Positions 1-13,099 of a stretch of DNA of 64,000 nt are shown piece by piece (position 1 is the stretch's first letter; each line of letters begins with the position of its first letter). Source of the DNA: Amphiscolops sp. MND2022 (taxonomy: Eukaryota); contig OZ076409.1 in the NCBI GenBank assembly GCA_964187785.1, forward strand, positions 31,684,001-31,748,000, in the 5' to 3' direction. The notes under the pieces were generated by a model that saw only the letters and a list, made by a program, of their open reading frames with translations, was not told where the DNA came from and ran no database searches. The position numbers were made by a program, and so were the translations under genes.

Positions 1-755
1 GTCTTGGAATCCCATGCGAAAGGGAGATTGGAGAAGGAGTCTTAACCTCGACAGTACACCGGCAAGTCGGAAAATTGACAGAACTATGGAAAGTTTTTTT
101 CAAAGCTTCATTTTTCAACGAATAAGAGCCGCAGCTCAAATCGGTTTTCTGTTCCTAAAAGCCCTTTACCTAAGCTTTCCAATGCATATTAGTTAGATCG
201 CTTCATGTTCTGAAAAGTGCTTTTTTTGCAAAATATAACTTTTCCAGTTACGTTTTTGCCGGTGGTTCGGAAAACAAACTATACTGACCCAAATAACAAA
301 CCATTCCAGATAGTCCAGAGATTCTCAATAAGACAGTTTTTTGTTTTCCTCTATGCTTTTTGCGTTTCGTAATTTATTTTTCATTGCGAAAAACATCGCT
401 GTCCTCATTTGAGGACGAAATCTCTGTCGAGGTTAAGCGAGCAAAAATCCGGTGCTTGATTTGCTTTCAGAAGGTTCACTATCTGATTAGAGTCAGTGAA
501 AGTTCTGTGTTTCCTTATTTGCGAATCCCACTGAAGAAGGGAAGCAGTAGCCAAGACTTTCAGGGAAGAATAGCATTCTGCTCTGAAAAATTAGGCCATG
601 TGGCATGTTTGAATTGAGAATTATGATGAGATCATTGCAATTTCCAAACCTAAAGGCGACAGATTACATTTGTGTATATTGGAGATGAACTCAAAGCATG
701 AAGTTTCTTCACATAATGAGACAATGATAACTCGAATAATTGAGGTGCTAAAGAA

Positions 756-1169
756 ATCATTACGATTCATATGCCGCAACGAACTAGCAAGATCTTAACA
801 GCCAATAAAAACCCGTTATTTTAGATACGCGTTACGAAACTTGCTCGTTACACTGTGTGATTTGGCGTTACGCGTAGTGATCAAAATGCTGTGAATGACT
901 AATTTACACTCTAAAATTACGTACTTTGACTGGTTTCCATTTCACACACGAATGGAAGCATCGTTTGGAGTTATTTTTACTCACTGTGTGTACCACTTTT
1001 CTCTAATTACGCTCGATGATCGCAATCCACAATTTTTGATTACACTGTGCATCACAATCCGCGATGAACACGATGCACTCTTTGACTTGAATACGGTTCG
1101 CTCTCGTTTTACGGAAAGTTCATTTTATACTTGACGATAAATTCCACTTTTGCGGCATATCGTAATGAT
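756..1169. mobile_element. MITE-like element, same family as 11834-11994
   Basis: Ends ATCATTACGATTCATATGCCGCAA and TTGCGGCATATCGTAATGAT are inverted repeats, and the left end matches the palindromic element at 11834. Confidence 0.65.
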
Positions 1170-2660
1170 TGATTTTCAAAGAATAGAGGATTGTTTGTGA
1201 ATCAAGGCATTTTCAAAGTTTCGCTAGTTTCGAAAATGCGTTATGCTATTTTTTTTCAGCTATTTGGCGTTGGCGATCGCATTAATCACTTGAATGACGG
1301 TCATGTTGATACTGCAAAGTTCAATTCGGTCGGCCATAATGTTGCAACAAAGTCACCCTGTGACAAAAACGGCCATGTTTACTAATCAAAGTTCACTGTT
1401 TCATCCTGGTCGCTTTGAACGAGTCTACTCGTTCAAATTCAATTCTTGAATGGAGTCTCAAGGTACTTCTTCGGGTATTTTTGTCACTGTATGATTATCG
1501 AAAAGTTTCAATAGTTGACCGTTGAAAATTTGGAAGACTTTGCTCGTTTTGAACATTGAGCGGGGAGCTGACTTGTTCTACGATTTCGGCCACTTTATCT
1601 TTCAGTTTATCGCGAAGACATCTACTGGGTCCCTCTTCGTTTTGCTATCAGTTTTACATGAATTAACAAACTGGATGAGGCCGAAGGCGTCCCAAATTTT
1701 TTGGTTATTTTTTAAATTGGTTATTACACGACTCTTTGAACTGGTGAAAGAGAACATTGCAGGACGAAAGGAGTGACATTTATGAAAAGTATTCAAGACG
1801 ACACCTTTCAGTGTCAATTCTGAAGTCTTTGCCTTAGTCACCAACATTGATTGTCACCAAATGTTCACTCATCAGAGAAGGGTTTATTCTGGTCATTCGA
1901 AACGCTCGTTCAAGTGACGTTTATGAGTGATATTTCGAGCATGGAAAGGTCCAGTGATAAGCACTGAGAAAACAACCTTATTCGGTTGCTCCTTGTCGCT
2001 TGAACTCTGCTGCTAAAGGTTGTCAAGTCTTATGAAGCGCTACGGCGAGTTAGAAAAACTTCCAAGACGTTGAGTTTTTCAAGTAAGCTACCATCTGGTA
2101 TCAGTAGAAAATGTTTGAAATCGTAGATTATCTTAGTACGTTTCGTCAAAATTGCAATAAATCATTGGGGTATATCCCTTGCTCTGTCAAAAATTGAGGA
2201 GCCCTGCCTCGAATGCGCACGCAAACCGTCTCCCTGTTACTATTTCTCCGATAGCAGGAATATTATTGAAATCTGAAGATTTCTACTTTTTTTTCAGTAA
2301 AATTCTCGCACGATACTGAATAATTCAGATACTTTGTTCGGCAGTGACTGTAAGCGTGAGAATCAAATTCCTCAAGCTGCCGACGACTATTCAATTCTCG
2401 TGCGATGGAACGAGCGAGTGGTAGTTTCGCATTCTTACGCTGACGTCATTGAGATGAAGCGAGCGAATGTTCGTAATTGTGCTTTCGTTGCGCCGAGTTA
2501 TTGAGATGAAGCGAATTTCGCGTAGAGCTTCGCCTGCATTCAAATATATATTTGCTTTAGTCCGAGATTTACTACTATTACTGCTAAAAGACTGAATTGA
2601 TTCTAGTCTACAAAAAAAGAAATACTTGATGATATTTCCATGTACAGATTTTTCAAACAA
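1170..2660 (-). pseudogene. Highly decayed DNA-transposase-like remnant (possibly hAT)
   Basis: Broken minus-strand frames include an STDTRW segment reminiscent of the hAT TRW motif; many stops and frameshifts. Confidence 0.3.
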
Positions 2661-2759
2661 CAGATTTAAAGGCCGTATAAACTGGTACAGTGATTAATTG
2701 TGCGCTAAATTATGATTAAACAGGAGTGTTTTGGTATTCCAGATATGATTCTATTATCA

Positions 2760-3500
2760 ATGAAAGATCAAAGCAGAAATAATAGTATGCCTCGGATGGT
2801 GCCAATTTTTTAAAAATGAGACGTTCACCTCTACACGATCAGTTGTTGTTACAAATATTTTGTTCTCGTGCTCGGTAGACATTTCTTACGGAGTACTTCT
2901 GAAGGAAAAACTTCAGAATTTCGAAAACATGTTGCTCTGGGACACTGAATATCTATGCATTAATCATTCCAGTTCCAACACTTCCTCTCATACGCTTGAA
3001 AAATCCTAACAGAATTTTTCTGCATCGTGGTAGTTTTGTTCAAATGTTTTATTTGTATCGCCATGGATAAGTGTTCCGTATTGTATGTATGATGAGTGTA
3101 ATATAAAGTTTGTGCATTTTCTGGAAACCTTCCCAAGTGCCTCAATTTTGATACCATATCAATTGCAATTCATAGCCGTTTGATGTCTTATTGATATGGT
3201 CCGTAAACTTCAATTCATCATCGGTGACAACATTGAGATATTTGAGACTATTGCATTATCTGATTATTTCATCACTCTGCTTGATGGTTTCAAGTGTTTT
3301 CACTCTGAATGAAACGCATTTCGTTTTGTCAACATTGATATACAATTTACTTGCTACGAGTCATTTGATAACGCGAATCAATTCTCAATAGCTTATAAAC
3401 TCTCCTATATATAATGTTCAATGAAACCAAAATACTGTTAATATGGCTTCATATCTCTACACTAGGGGCCCTTTGCCGCCTCTCTCGGTTTTATCAAAGA
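2760..3500 (-). pseudogene. Decayed LINE reverse-transcriptase C-terminal fragment
   Basis: Minus-strand IDKTKCVSF...SLKYLNVVTDDELKFTDHI resembles the KTK...KYLG..D..L.F..HI end of CR1/L2-type RT. Confidence 0.55.
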
Positions 3501-3634
3501 TTGTAGAATTGTGACTAATTGTGTCAATAACGTTCAGGACTTGTTTATTTTGATATATCTAAGACCAAGTTTTATTCACTTTTCTGTTTCCTCTAATAGT
3601 AGAAGCACAGCTAGTCAATTCTATCACAAAAAAG

Positions 3635-5147
3635 CAGGGCTGTCATATTTTACTGTTAAAAACGATTTTTACAATTTAACATGTAAATTACGAATTTTCA
3701 CATGTAAAATAGTAAAAAATGTGTTAAAATCAGCGGTTCAACTGCCGAAACAGAAATGACAGTTTGCCTGCTTTCTCAACCCCGAGAGAACTTCTCAATC
3801 GTCCGTACGTCAGGCCCATCGTCGAAAAATATCTCCAATCCAGCAGATGATGAAACAGCCTCAACAATTGAGCTAGCCACGTCAACCAAGATGGGGTCAA
3901 AACCCATGCGAAGACCACCTTTCCACCACGAGTCAGATGAGACATTCTTGAAACTGGAGCCAAATAAATGTGGCGAATATGGCGGAATTTTTCCCATGTA
4001 TTTCATCAAAGCGGGAAGAACATCACTTCCGCAGGAATCCTTGATATACGATACGGCCTCACTTACTTCACTCGGATTCAATTTCTCCCCTGTGTGATGT
4101 GGGTCCAACAAATACGCAGCGTACACCACCGGTGTCAAAACCATAGATGTTCGTTTAGACTCTAGCTCCACAAAATTATCTGGTGCTTTTTCAACAACTG
4201 GTTTCCAAAGTAAATAGCTGTCGGACAGTTTACAGGTGTCTTTTTGAAGACAATTCAAGCATTCTCCCAAAATCTCCAGAAACTCTCAAACACATGACAT
4301 CCATACGTATGTAGGAAGGGATAACCTGTTTTTACTTGCTTTCTCATTAAATTCATATTTGCAGCGTTGTCAGTTACGATACTTGTAACTCGGACACCAA
4401 ATTCTTCTGGCACGTTCTTGATCTGCTCAGATATGACAGTCACAAGATAGTCAGCTGTGTGCATTCCACCAAGTGTTCCGATTGTATTCACAAGGTAACA
4501 AGATCCATTTGTGTAGAAGCAAACTCCCAAAACTGGCTCATTAGACAATGTCGGCCATCCGTCTCATGATGAAGTGCAATTGGCTTCAGAGACCAGAAGC
4601 TTCATTTTGTCTTTTTCCGCATCGTACACTTCATCCAATAAACGTCCAGCAATATCACGACGATCCGGAATAGTTGTATTGGGCCTCAGTTTCTCCACAA
4701 GACGTTTTAGATGATCATTAGATGCAGCATTGATTGGTGTATTCGTTGCAATAAAATATCTTGTTATTTGTAGATCAATATCGTGCTGCTTTGACTTTGA
4801 CGATGCCATGTGCAACGTCGTTTGTCTTAATGTTTTCAGAGCCGAAGGTCCCGCATTATCGTTTTCAGATTCTGTCGCACCCTTACAATCTTTTTCAATG
4901 TGTTTTTCCATCCTTGCTGCATTATTGACAATTTCCAGCCCACAGTTTTTGCATTTTGCACGCTTGTTAGTTCCCGACAAAATTTCCTTGAAGTAGGACC
5001 ACACTGGTTTCTTCTCTCGAGGCATCTCAAAATCTGAAAAACGCTGAAATCTCTGTTATCTGTTAAAAACATGTTAAAAATAGGGTGTAAATAACATGTA
5101 AAAAAAGGTCGTGTTATAAACACATTGTTATTAACATGACAGCCTTG
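3635..5147 (-). mobile_element. hAT DNA transposon, internally deleted
   Basis: TIRs CAGGGCTGTCAT / ATGACAGCCTTG (1 mismatch) and a perfect 8-bp TSD CAAAAAAG at 3627-3634 and 5148-5155. Confidence 0.93.
3776..5025 (-). pseudogene. hAT transposase pseudogene (BED zinc finger, DDE core fragment, dimerisation domain)
   Basis: VWSYF...AKCKNC...MEKH (BED finger), VTDNAANM...YGC, AAYLLDP, WW...SSSAGLE, split over three frameshifted ORFs (4564-5025, 4255-4548, 3776-4270). Confidence 0.9.
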
Positions 5148-5319
5148 CAAAAAAGTGATCGCTATTTTGTTTTTCGCCTGCTACCTAGCGAGATGTTATG
5201 TTTGGCTTTCTCATGTGTGCTTCTCGTAATAATGTATCCAATTTGTATGTGCTCGACTGTGAGGTGCTATAAATTCTGCGAGTGCCTCCAACTTGTATTA
5301 TTCAACCTTTTTGTTTTAG

Positions 5320-5531
5320 CATGCACTTGAAACAGATATCATCTACCGACATTCACCGTTCAAAACAGAAGCAGACATTTTCGGCCAGTTTGATAAAATC
5401 GAGAGTGACACAGGCACATTGATTGTTCTCATTCATATGAAGTTGTTAGATAACGGGGAACCTGAGCTAGATGTGCGATCGGATCCTACTGATATTGTCA
5501 TGGGAAGCGAAAAAGGCCTCACTCATGAAGG
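5320..5531 (+). CDS. MORC2: MORC2-like gene, exon A (end of GHKL ATPase region)
   Basis: ttttag acceptor and gg|gttgga donor. Translates [62 protein letters not shown], recognisably like MORC2 (ETELIYKYSPF...[20 protein letters not shown]). Not in the ORF track. Confidence 0.9.
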
Positions 5532-5982
5532 GTTGGAAATTTAATGGAAACTCTTTAGAAATTTTTGAAATCGGATTTTAGCCCGTATGTTATGCTAACA
5601 AGCTACATGTCTAATCTCTCCAAACGTTCCTTTGGCCGGCCTTCGGTCAATTGCAAGATAACCTTTGAGTTTACAGTTGAATAGTCCATATATTGTGGCA
5701 AAATTGATTCATGTTAAACTTTCTTTAACGAATTGGTAATTCTTTTTGAAGGAGACCTTTGTATCCACATTCATTTTTGTGCAAGTCCTAAATATGAGCC
5801 ACCAAGCAGTGAAATATCAATGTAGTGAATTTTAACTGTATCAAACCTCATCAAATTTGACGAGACCCTGACGGATGTGAAAAATGAAACGAAATTGTCT
5901 GATGAAACCTATTCATGCACGAATTTAAGCTTTTGTCTGTTGAAGCATTGCTTGGGAAAATGGTTTGTCATATATATTGCAG

Positions 5983-6360
5983 GCTAGTGCTTGAACGAAG
6001 ATCTCTGAGAGCATACACCAGTATCATGTATTTGGAGCCAGTCATGAAGATCTACATTCAGGGAATCAAAGTGCAAACGAGAAGACTCGCCAACTGTCTC
6101 TATAAGCCCAAACAGTTCAAATTTTCATCTACCAGGTTCAAAACCAGAGCTGAAAACGACGCCCGAGAAGCAAGAACTCATGCAAAACTTGCAGAAGAGA
6201 AGGCAAGAGAAGCGGAGAGCAAGTACAGAGACCTCTTGAAAAGAGTTGGCAACTCTGTCAACAGAGAAGCTCGCAGCAAATTGAACTTAGCTAAAAATGA
6301 CGCTGAAGATCATAGGTCTGAAGCAATTTACAAAACTAAATTAGCGGATCAGAAAGAAAA
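5983..6360 (+). CDS. MORC2: MORC2-like gene, exon B (S5-like domain start and coiled-coil CC1 insertion)
   Basis: ttgcag acceptor and aa|gttagt donor, phase compatible with exon A. ERRSLRAYTSIMYLEPVMKIYIQGIKVQTRRLANCLYKP...FKTRAE...AEEKAREAESK; the coiled-coil insertion is characteristic of MORC1/2. Confidence 0.95.
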
Positions 6361-7977
6361 GTTAGTGCTCTGTACTTAATCGTTTGTCCTGAAATGTTTG
6401 ATATGTCGCAAGTTCTCATTTGTTTTCAGTCTTCTCCAACAATTTCTACATGCCAATCTAATAGTTCAAAAATCTAACTTTTCCAAAGTCAAGTCTTCCT
6501 CAAATTTTTTCTGAGTCTTCCATGCTTCCTTGTGGCGCCGTGACGATGCCTGGAATTCCTTCCGTTCTATGGGAGCATTTTCTAACAATTTTGATTGGAT
6601 GAAGATAATCTTTCTCAGACAACGAATCCAACTTCAAATCCAAAAATATCCAACAAAGCGTGCGATTGCCATTCCTGTCAGTTTTCAGTTATTTTTAGTT
6701 ATTTTTCTTGCTTTTTGGGAGAAAGTTGTCAAGCATTCCGAATTTGGAATAAGGCGTTTAGAGTAAACTCAAATATAGGGAGTACCAAAAAATACCCGAA
6801 AGGAGGCCTCGTGGCCAGGAAACGTTTTTCTTTAACAGAGCATCAAAGAAAAATTAAATTGATGAATTTTTTCAATAAGTCGCGCATTGTCGGAAAAACA
6901 GGAGGGACCCTTTGGGCTCAAAAGGAATTTTTTGATCCAAAAATATTTCGGAAAATAGAAATCCCTTTTGGAAAATTGAAATTTATTCGAAAAGTCGCAC
7001 AGTGCCGAAAACCCTAAGGAGGACCCTTTAATCTCAAATCGTTTCGAGGATACGGTTAATCCTGTCAAAAATTTAAAGGGAGTAAGACCCTTTAGCTTCA
7101 TTCGGTACCCTTTAGAACTTGGCTTAAAGTCTGTAAAAAGTGGACCATCAGTGTGAGGTCTGTTGTCTTACAAATAAATTGCCCCTGTAAGCGTCGGGCA
7201 CTGTTTTTAGTCCTGCTGCTATTGCTCAACTCCTGGAGTAAAATAGCAATAATGCGACGAGATACTCACCATTGGACGCTCAGGAAAAATTTTTCGTCCA
7301 ACTGGGACTTATAACTCGGCGCCCCTCTCAAGGCGCAGCCTTTCAAATTGCAGAACAGTCGCAGTGTCTTTTTTATGCCACGCTGTTGCAAAAAAATCAA
7401 AGCGTTCAGAACTTCTTGCAACTTGAGAAAAAATTGGGAAAATGTCTCTCGCCGAAAGAAAATCCTTTTGTCTTTTCTATCTTCGTAAAAGGTAACTATA
7501 ATCATTTGACCTCGAGAAGAACCAGAGAATTTCCAGTAATTTTTTGATATCTGTCAGTTCGCACAGTAAATGAGTTAATCTTATGGTCTGCACGTTCTAT
7601 GAAAGCGCCGGCTAAAAGTGACACAGAAGCCACGAAAAAGCAACAAGAAGTCGTAAAGAATCGAATGCGAAGACAACTGTCTCTTGGAAGTGAAAAGAAC
7701 TCTTGATTGCCTTTTCTTGTTTTCAAAATGGTCATCGCAGATGGAAACCTCGATAGATTTGAACAACCCTGAACCTTCGATTATACAATGAAAAAATTGA
7801 ATCAAACTGTTTTTGAAAAGTTGGACCGAAAAGTTCATCGGCCTCACGATACTAAAATTGTTATGGAGGAAACATTCGGTTTGTTTGGATTGTGCTGATA
7901 TGGAAACCGCGCTCTAGTCTAGTTTTTGCAGTAAGCAAAAGATGACCTGAGAACAGTTCAAAATAGGCGCCAAAATT

Positions 7978-8051
7978 GGAAGCTAGCGAGTTTCGAACTC
8001 CGTTATTCTGCTTCGTAAGTCAGCGCCCTGACCAACTGGCATATAGATACC
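7978..8051 (-). mobile_element. tRNA-derived SINE head / pseudo-tRNA
   Basis: Minus strand ggtatctatatgccagttggtcagggcgctgacttacgaagcag...gagttcgaaactc has A-box-like and GTTCGA B-box motifs but a poor acceptor stem. Confidence 0.5.
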
Positions 8052-8439
8052 ACGACGCATATCGGCCGCTTTATAAAAGTGACTTGTATCTAATTCGGAA
8101 GCCAATGAAATCGTGTAAATCGTGTATTTTGAGTAAATCGGTAGTTCGTGTAACGTTACAAAAAGTTCGTGGTTTTCGGTGCGGTACACGTGCCGACGTC
8201 AATTCACTGCATAACGTTATACCTATCATTAATGAAGTCCATTTTGAAAGAAATTTAAACCCTTACCTACCTACCTGGCGAGTGTTGAATTTTTTCTATG
8301 ATTTTTCTTTATCGCATTTTTTTGCATTTGAACAAGGTTCTGGTAGTATATTTCAACTTGAACAAATATAAAAGTTCGCGAGATTCGACTCGAATCTGCC
8401 TGCCGGGACAAGCCAACCCAAAGGCGCTAGATCTGCAAT

Positions 8440-8963
8440 ATTTACGTTTTATAGAACTGTTTCTTTTTTAGTCGGCGCATTTTAGTAGAAAATGTGCCCG
8501 ACTCTTACAGTGGGTAGTTTTTTTAGACACGAAAGGTCCACCTTTTGTTCATTTGTTCAACAACGTCAAACCTCAACAACTCCAACCTCAGAAGCGCGTC
8601 CAAAACGAAAAGAAAAAACAAAACAGATGTCCAGAACCTCGAAAACACACTAAGGATCCCCCCATAGCCCCACTTTTTTTCGGCACTGAGACTTTTTGAA
8701 ACTTTTTGGATTGCACGAAAGGGTCCCCTCTTCATTTGTTTCGATATTTTGCAACACAATGGATGTCAAAAAATCGCAAAGGGTCCTCCTTTTACATTTT
8801 TCGACACTGTGACACTGTTCAAAAATCTCATTAAAAAATTCCCCCCTTCAATTTTTCTTTCATTTTTTGCAACCAGCTGGAGTTTCACAAAGCCCGAAGG
8901 GTCCCCCCTTTTCAATTTTGAGCCTTAGATATAGCGCCGACTTTGGCCGTTCTCGGCTTGTTA
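8440..8963 (-). repeat. Dispersed non-coding repeat, related in inverted orientation to ~6780-7260
   Basis: Shared motifs (aagggtccc / gggaccctt, tttcggcactg / cagtgccgaaa, gcccgactcttacag / ctgtaagcgtcgggc). The end aacaagccgagaacggccaaagtcggc resembles Helentron/DINE-type ends. Confidence 0.45.
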
Positions 8964-9773
8964 TTCTAGTAATCCTTCCTTGGAAATCTTTTCTCAAAAT
9001 TTCAATGTGGTAGAAATGGAAACTTTTTCGCTCAGCGTTTTCATTGTCGATGGAAGATTTTAAAGCTAAAAATTCCTCTTGAATGTAGTATCAGTGATCA
9101 TTGATGTTAACTTTTTTGCTCTAAATGAATGCTCATTTTATTGAAACTGTAATTGAAGTTTTCAATGCAGAAGACCTTTTGCCCAATATTCGGTTGCATT
9201 GCGGTCTGGTAACTGTAAAATGTTTTCGTGAAATTTGAAACCCATGAAACGTATGCAAATGCAATGATGTAAGTTTATCTAACTAGGCTGTTTTCTATCA
9301 TTATCACTTCATCCACCTGTATACGTTTCCTGGACTTCAATGTGTGGCCGCTTTCATTGTTATAAAATAAAATGGGCGTCCGGAAACAAGCACTCAAGGA
9401 AATAACGCCCAAAGCGTAATAACGTCAATATAAACTTACGATGACGTAGCTAGCTACGTTCACAAACCTCTAGTACCCTGAATGCTTTAGCGAAGTGCCA
9501 TTACTAGTCCAGTGGTTGAGTTTGCCGGAAGCCTACATGGAGGGAAAAGAAGCCCCCGTATGGAGGAAGGCCAAGTCATTCAACCAATATAATAATTATG
9601 GCTGTTATGAGAAATAATTCTTCTATCACTATCTCCTATGGGTCTTTTTATGAGGTGTTTTTTTCTTATAACCAAAGCAATCATCGTGATCAGATGAACT
9701 ATTAAAAGATGACCTCAGATTGAATCTGAGTATTGTTTCATTCTTCAGCATTAAATAATTGTTAAAATTTCAG

Positions 9774-10201
9774 GCTCTTGAAGGATCCGAAAATTTTACA
9801 TCTCATTTTCGGATTCAACATTGAGAACCGATCGTGTGACGGTATGTTTATGTACAACTGCGGGCGCCTCATCAAAATGTACGATCGCACGGGTCCCCAG
9901 TTGGATGGCAAAGTGACATGCAATGGAATTGTGGGTATTGTGGACGTCCCGTACATAGTGTTGCAACCAGCACACAATAAGCAAGATTTTGCCGATGGTA
10001 AAGAATACAGGCATCTGTTGAAGGTCATGGGAGAACATCTGCTGGACTACTGGAACGACTCCGGAATCGTAAAAACAGGAGTATCTGAGTTTTGGGAAAG
10101 TTTTGGATATGAAAGCACTAAGAAATGGTGGGAACCTCCGTCAGATGAGCTGCGGTATGTAAAGAAGCGACAAATGAACATCCCTCAAGCCATTCAATGT
10201 G
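9774..10201 (+). CDS. MORC2: MORC2-like gene, exon C (S5-like transducer domain to first Cys of CW finger)
   Basis: tttcag acceptor and g|gtacgt donor. FGFNIENRSCDGMFMYNCGRLIKMY...GIVGIVDVPYIVLQPAHNKQDFADGKEYRHLL...AIQC. Confidence 0.96.
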
Positions 10202-11310
10202 GTACGTTTTCTTCTTTCAGAGCAGTACTTTCAGTACTTTGTTGATTGAGCGAGTCTCAATCGAAACTTTTGCTTTGAATAATATTTCCTTGAACTTTAA
10301 CTAGCCGTTGTTACCTTTTACTCTCGGCAGACATCTTCAAGCCAATATCTCACCAATATGCTTGAAATCTCGTCGCGTCTGCCTTTTCCCTGTAACTCCA
10401 TTAAGGTGGTTGTTTTTAGGAGTTGGCTGGGAAGTGAGAAACATAGCCAAAATCAACTCAAAAATGGCCAAGAAACAGCCATTTTTCGACTTTTTTCAGT
10501 TTTCTCAAAAACTCCATACGATTTAAACGAAATTTTCTACAGTCATTATACTCCATATTTATCTTCTTTACCGCACATGCGGCCCTGGTTTAATTAGATG
10601 GACGTGGTAGAACCTGACGGCTGCTGTGGAAACTTTTGAAGAATTTTCTGGCATTTTTGAACGTCAATAATTCGAATACTTTGAAGCTTGAGCTTCAAAT
10701 CCTATTACCCGTCACCACAACTCACTGGGTATAAAAATATTTTCAGCTTCCAGTTAGTCTGCTTTGAATTCAGACTCAAAAACTGTCCATTCTATTCGAA
10801 CGAATTTTTAGACAGTCATTCAATACCGTAATGGTCCTAATGTGCAATGGCATCACAATCATTTGACTGGGATCTGAGAAACATAGCAAAAATTTGTTAA
10901 CTACTGCTTTCCTAAAAACAGTACCACTAAAAATGCTTTCTTAGCAGTTTTTCGTTATATAGAAGAGAATGTTGACTCGAAGGAAGTAAACGCTTAAGCA
11001 CCACTCGGTGGCAAAATAGGGCCAGGCGATAGTAAGCTGGACAATTACCTGAGGTGTTCCAAAGTTTTGAGACTGCATGCAACTTTCCATGATGCATATG
11101 GATACATGCGCAGCTTTGAAGATGTCGGACCCGGATACGTGTACACTGTAGCCAAGGCTCAGTCTTTCCGTAACAACATGCTATTTGGAGCGTTTCGATG
11201 CATTTCCTTTTTGCACATGAAGTCAATGTGCATTACAGTCCAGCTAAGTAAGTTTTTTTTCCGCTATAGTCAACTACATAATGAGCGCCTTTTAGAAAAA
11301 CGCCAAAACC

Positions 11311-11377
11311 CCAGAGAGATTCGAACCTGCAGCCTCCCGATTGCACGGCATAAGTGTTGACCACTGTGCCATAGGGA
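11311..11377 (-). mobile_element. tRNA-derived SINE head
   Basis: Minus strand tccctaTGGCACAGTGGtcaacac...gcaGGTTCGAATCtctctgg has canonical Pol III A and B boxes without a full cloverleaf. Confidence 0.6.
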
Positions 11378-11584
11378 CGTTATTGAACAAAGTTGAACTG
11401 TTGAATATATACGGATGCGATTAAAATAATATATATACGCATGTTAAAATAATCGATGTCTTCGTCATGTGTTGCGAAGCACCGCTTCGCCTCTGTGTTG
11501 ACATTCATTTGTACTCTGAATTTTGTTCTGTTCAGTTGCATTCTGACGTTCAGAGACATAATTATTTCAAACATTCACGAGGTT

Positions 11585-12097
11585 ATGAGCAGCCCTGATT
11601 TGAGCCATACAAGTGGCTATTGCAGCAGTTTGACGATAAACTATCGAGGCGATCAGAAGGATCAAGTTGACCAAGGACATTTATCAGTTCCGAACTTTGA
11701 AAGAATCCTATTCGACCAAACAGACAACGAGAGATCACCCTACAGTTTTTGCTGTTGTGATTCCGGAGTGGAGAGGTCTCTGGTTTTGGTATTTTTACAT
11801 TACTTCATACTCGTCGCAGTTTTCACGTTCTGTATCATTACAATACATAAGCCGCAACGAACTAGCAAGATCTTGCTAGTTTGAATAACAGCCAATGGAA
11901 ACGCGTTATTTCAGAATAATAACGCGTTTTCATTGGCTGATAATCGAACTAGCAAGATCTTGCTAGATCGTTGCGGCATATGTATCGTAATGATTCTTTT
12001 CCTAACTCTTTGTGAAAACGACAACAAAGTGTCTAGTTGGATTTTAGCTATTCTATCAGCTTGTATAGGTCATATTGTACCACGCCCAAAATCATGA
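11585..12097 (+). pseudogene. P1 small two-helix membrane protein upstream of ATPase, split by a MITE
   Basis: Removing the MITE gives ...GVERSLVLVFLHYFILVAVFTFC-ILFLTLCENDNKVSSWILAILSACIGHIVPRPKS*. Its stop overlaps the ATPase ATG (ATGA). Homologous ORF at 46440-46676. Confidence 0.7.
11834..11994. mobile_element. Near-perfect palindromic MITE (fold-back), apparent AT target duplication
   Basis: AT-CATTACAATACATAAGCCGCAACGAACTAGCAAGATCTTGCTAG...CTAGCAAGATCTTGCTAGATCGTTGCGGCATATGTATCGTAATG-AT. Excising it and one AT restores the host ORF frame. Confidence 0.85.
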
Positions 12098-12789
12098 ATA
12101 GGCGAATCAGTACGGCTTCTCATTGCTTCGTTTCTGTGGTGGGACCAGCTGGTTCAGGAAAAACACAATTGATTGGAAGAATGATTTGCAACCAAGAACA
12201 AATGTTTCGCCCTGTTTTCGACAAAATACTCTACTTTTATAAACACTATCAACAAGCATATAACAAGCTTGAAGTGGAACGCCTGGTCAAGAACATCGAT
12301 TTGGAACTCATTCAAGGTATGGAGTGGAATGCGATCGAGCGAGGGGAAATCTTGAAGCAACGAACCATCTTTGTTCTAGATGACTTGTACGACGAAGCTG
12401 CTGACAGCAAAGAATTTTTGGAATTGGTCATCGCTGGTCGTCACCGAAACATTGATTTGATGGTGCTGCGGCACAACCTATTCCAACAGTCATAATACTC
12501 AAAAACGATTGATTTGAATGTGACTCAAATAGTTCCTTTCAATAGTCCGAGAGAATCTGAACAAATTGGGATTTTTTGACGTCACTGGGCGAGCGTTCCA
12601 CTCTATTGAAAGTATATAAAAGAGCAACTCAGGAAGTATTCGGTCATTTATTGATAGATTTGGTTGTGAGGAGCAGTAGGAACCTGCGTTATAGCTCCCA
12701 TTGCTCTGGCGACGAACCATCCCTCTTATTGCGCGAGGCATCTTTTCTTCCCCATCCATGATGAATTTCCGTAATTACTATACAGTTGA
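12094..12789 (+). pseudogene. P1 A32/FtsK-like DNA packaging ATPase
   Basis: Walker A VVGPAGSGKT, Walker B IFVLDDL, GRHRNI motif, GHLLIDL. Premature stop at 12493-12495 and a later frameshift. Confidence 0.92.
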
Positions 12790-13099
12790 TTTATATCTGA
12801 AATTTTCACCAACATTGAATTTTTTCATTTTGCATTGTCCAGATGACAAAATGAAGTTTTTCTGTGACTGTGTTTTCAACGTTGTAAAAGGGAAAGTCAA
12901 GCTATACAAGAGGTTGCAACAAAAAGCGGCGCTCCTTGCACATGAGAAAACGAATCGAGAGAAAACTTGTTCGAAACGGCGAGTTGCCTTGAAAAGAAAA
13001 CGCCAAGTGTTGGGCTCAGAGAGGGGTTTGCGTATATTGAAATTGATTCTGCCATTCGTACTCAATCATTTGAATTTTTTTCATGGTATCGCACAGTAG
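12740..13099 (+). pseudogene. P1 conserved small basic ORF downstream of ATPase
   Basis: FILHCPDDKMKFFCDCVFNVVKG...KRKRQVLGSERGL is homologous in position and motif to 46914-47180 (FLKYCGKEFLNFCSECAIDII). Confidence 0.65.

Noticed and set aside
1..5319. Upstream MORC exons (GHKL N-terminal motifs)
   Set aside because: No matching coding segment was found; they probably lie before the window.
7270..7860. Coding-like stretch with ORFs 7272-7547 and 7502-7735
   Set aside because: No motif I can assign, and it is not needed for the MORC reading frame between exons B and C.
11311..11377. Functional tRNA genes here and at 7978-8051
   Set aside because: A and B boxes are present but acceptor and anticodon stems do not pair properly; more consistent with SINE heads.
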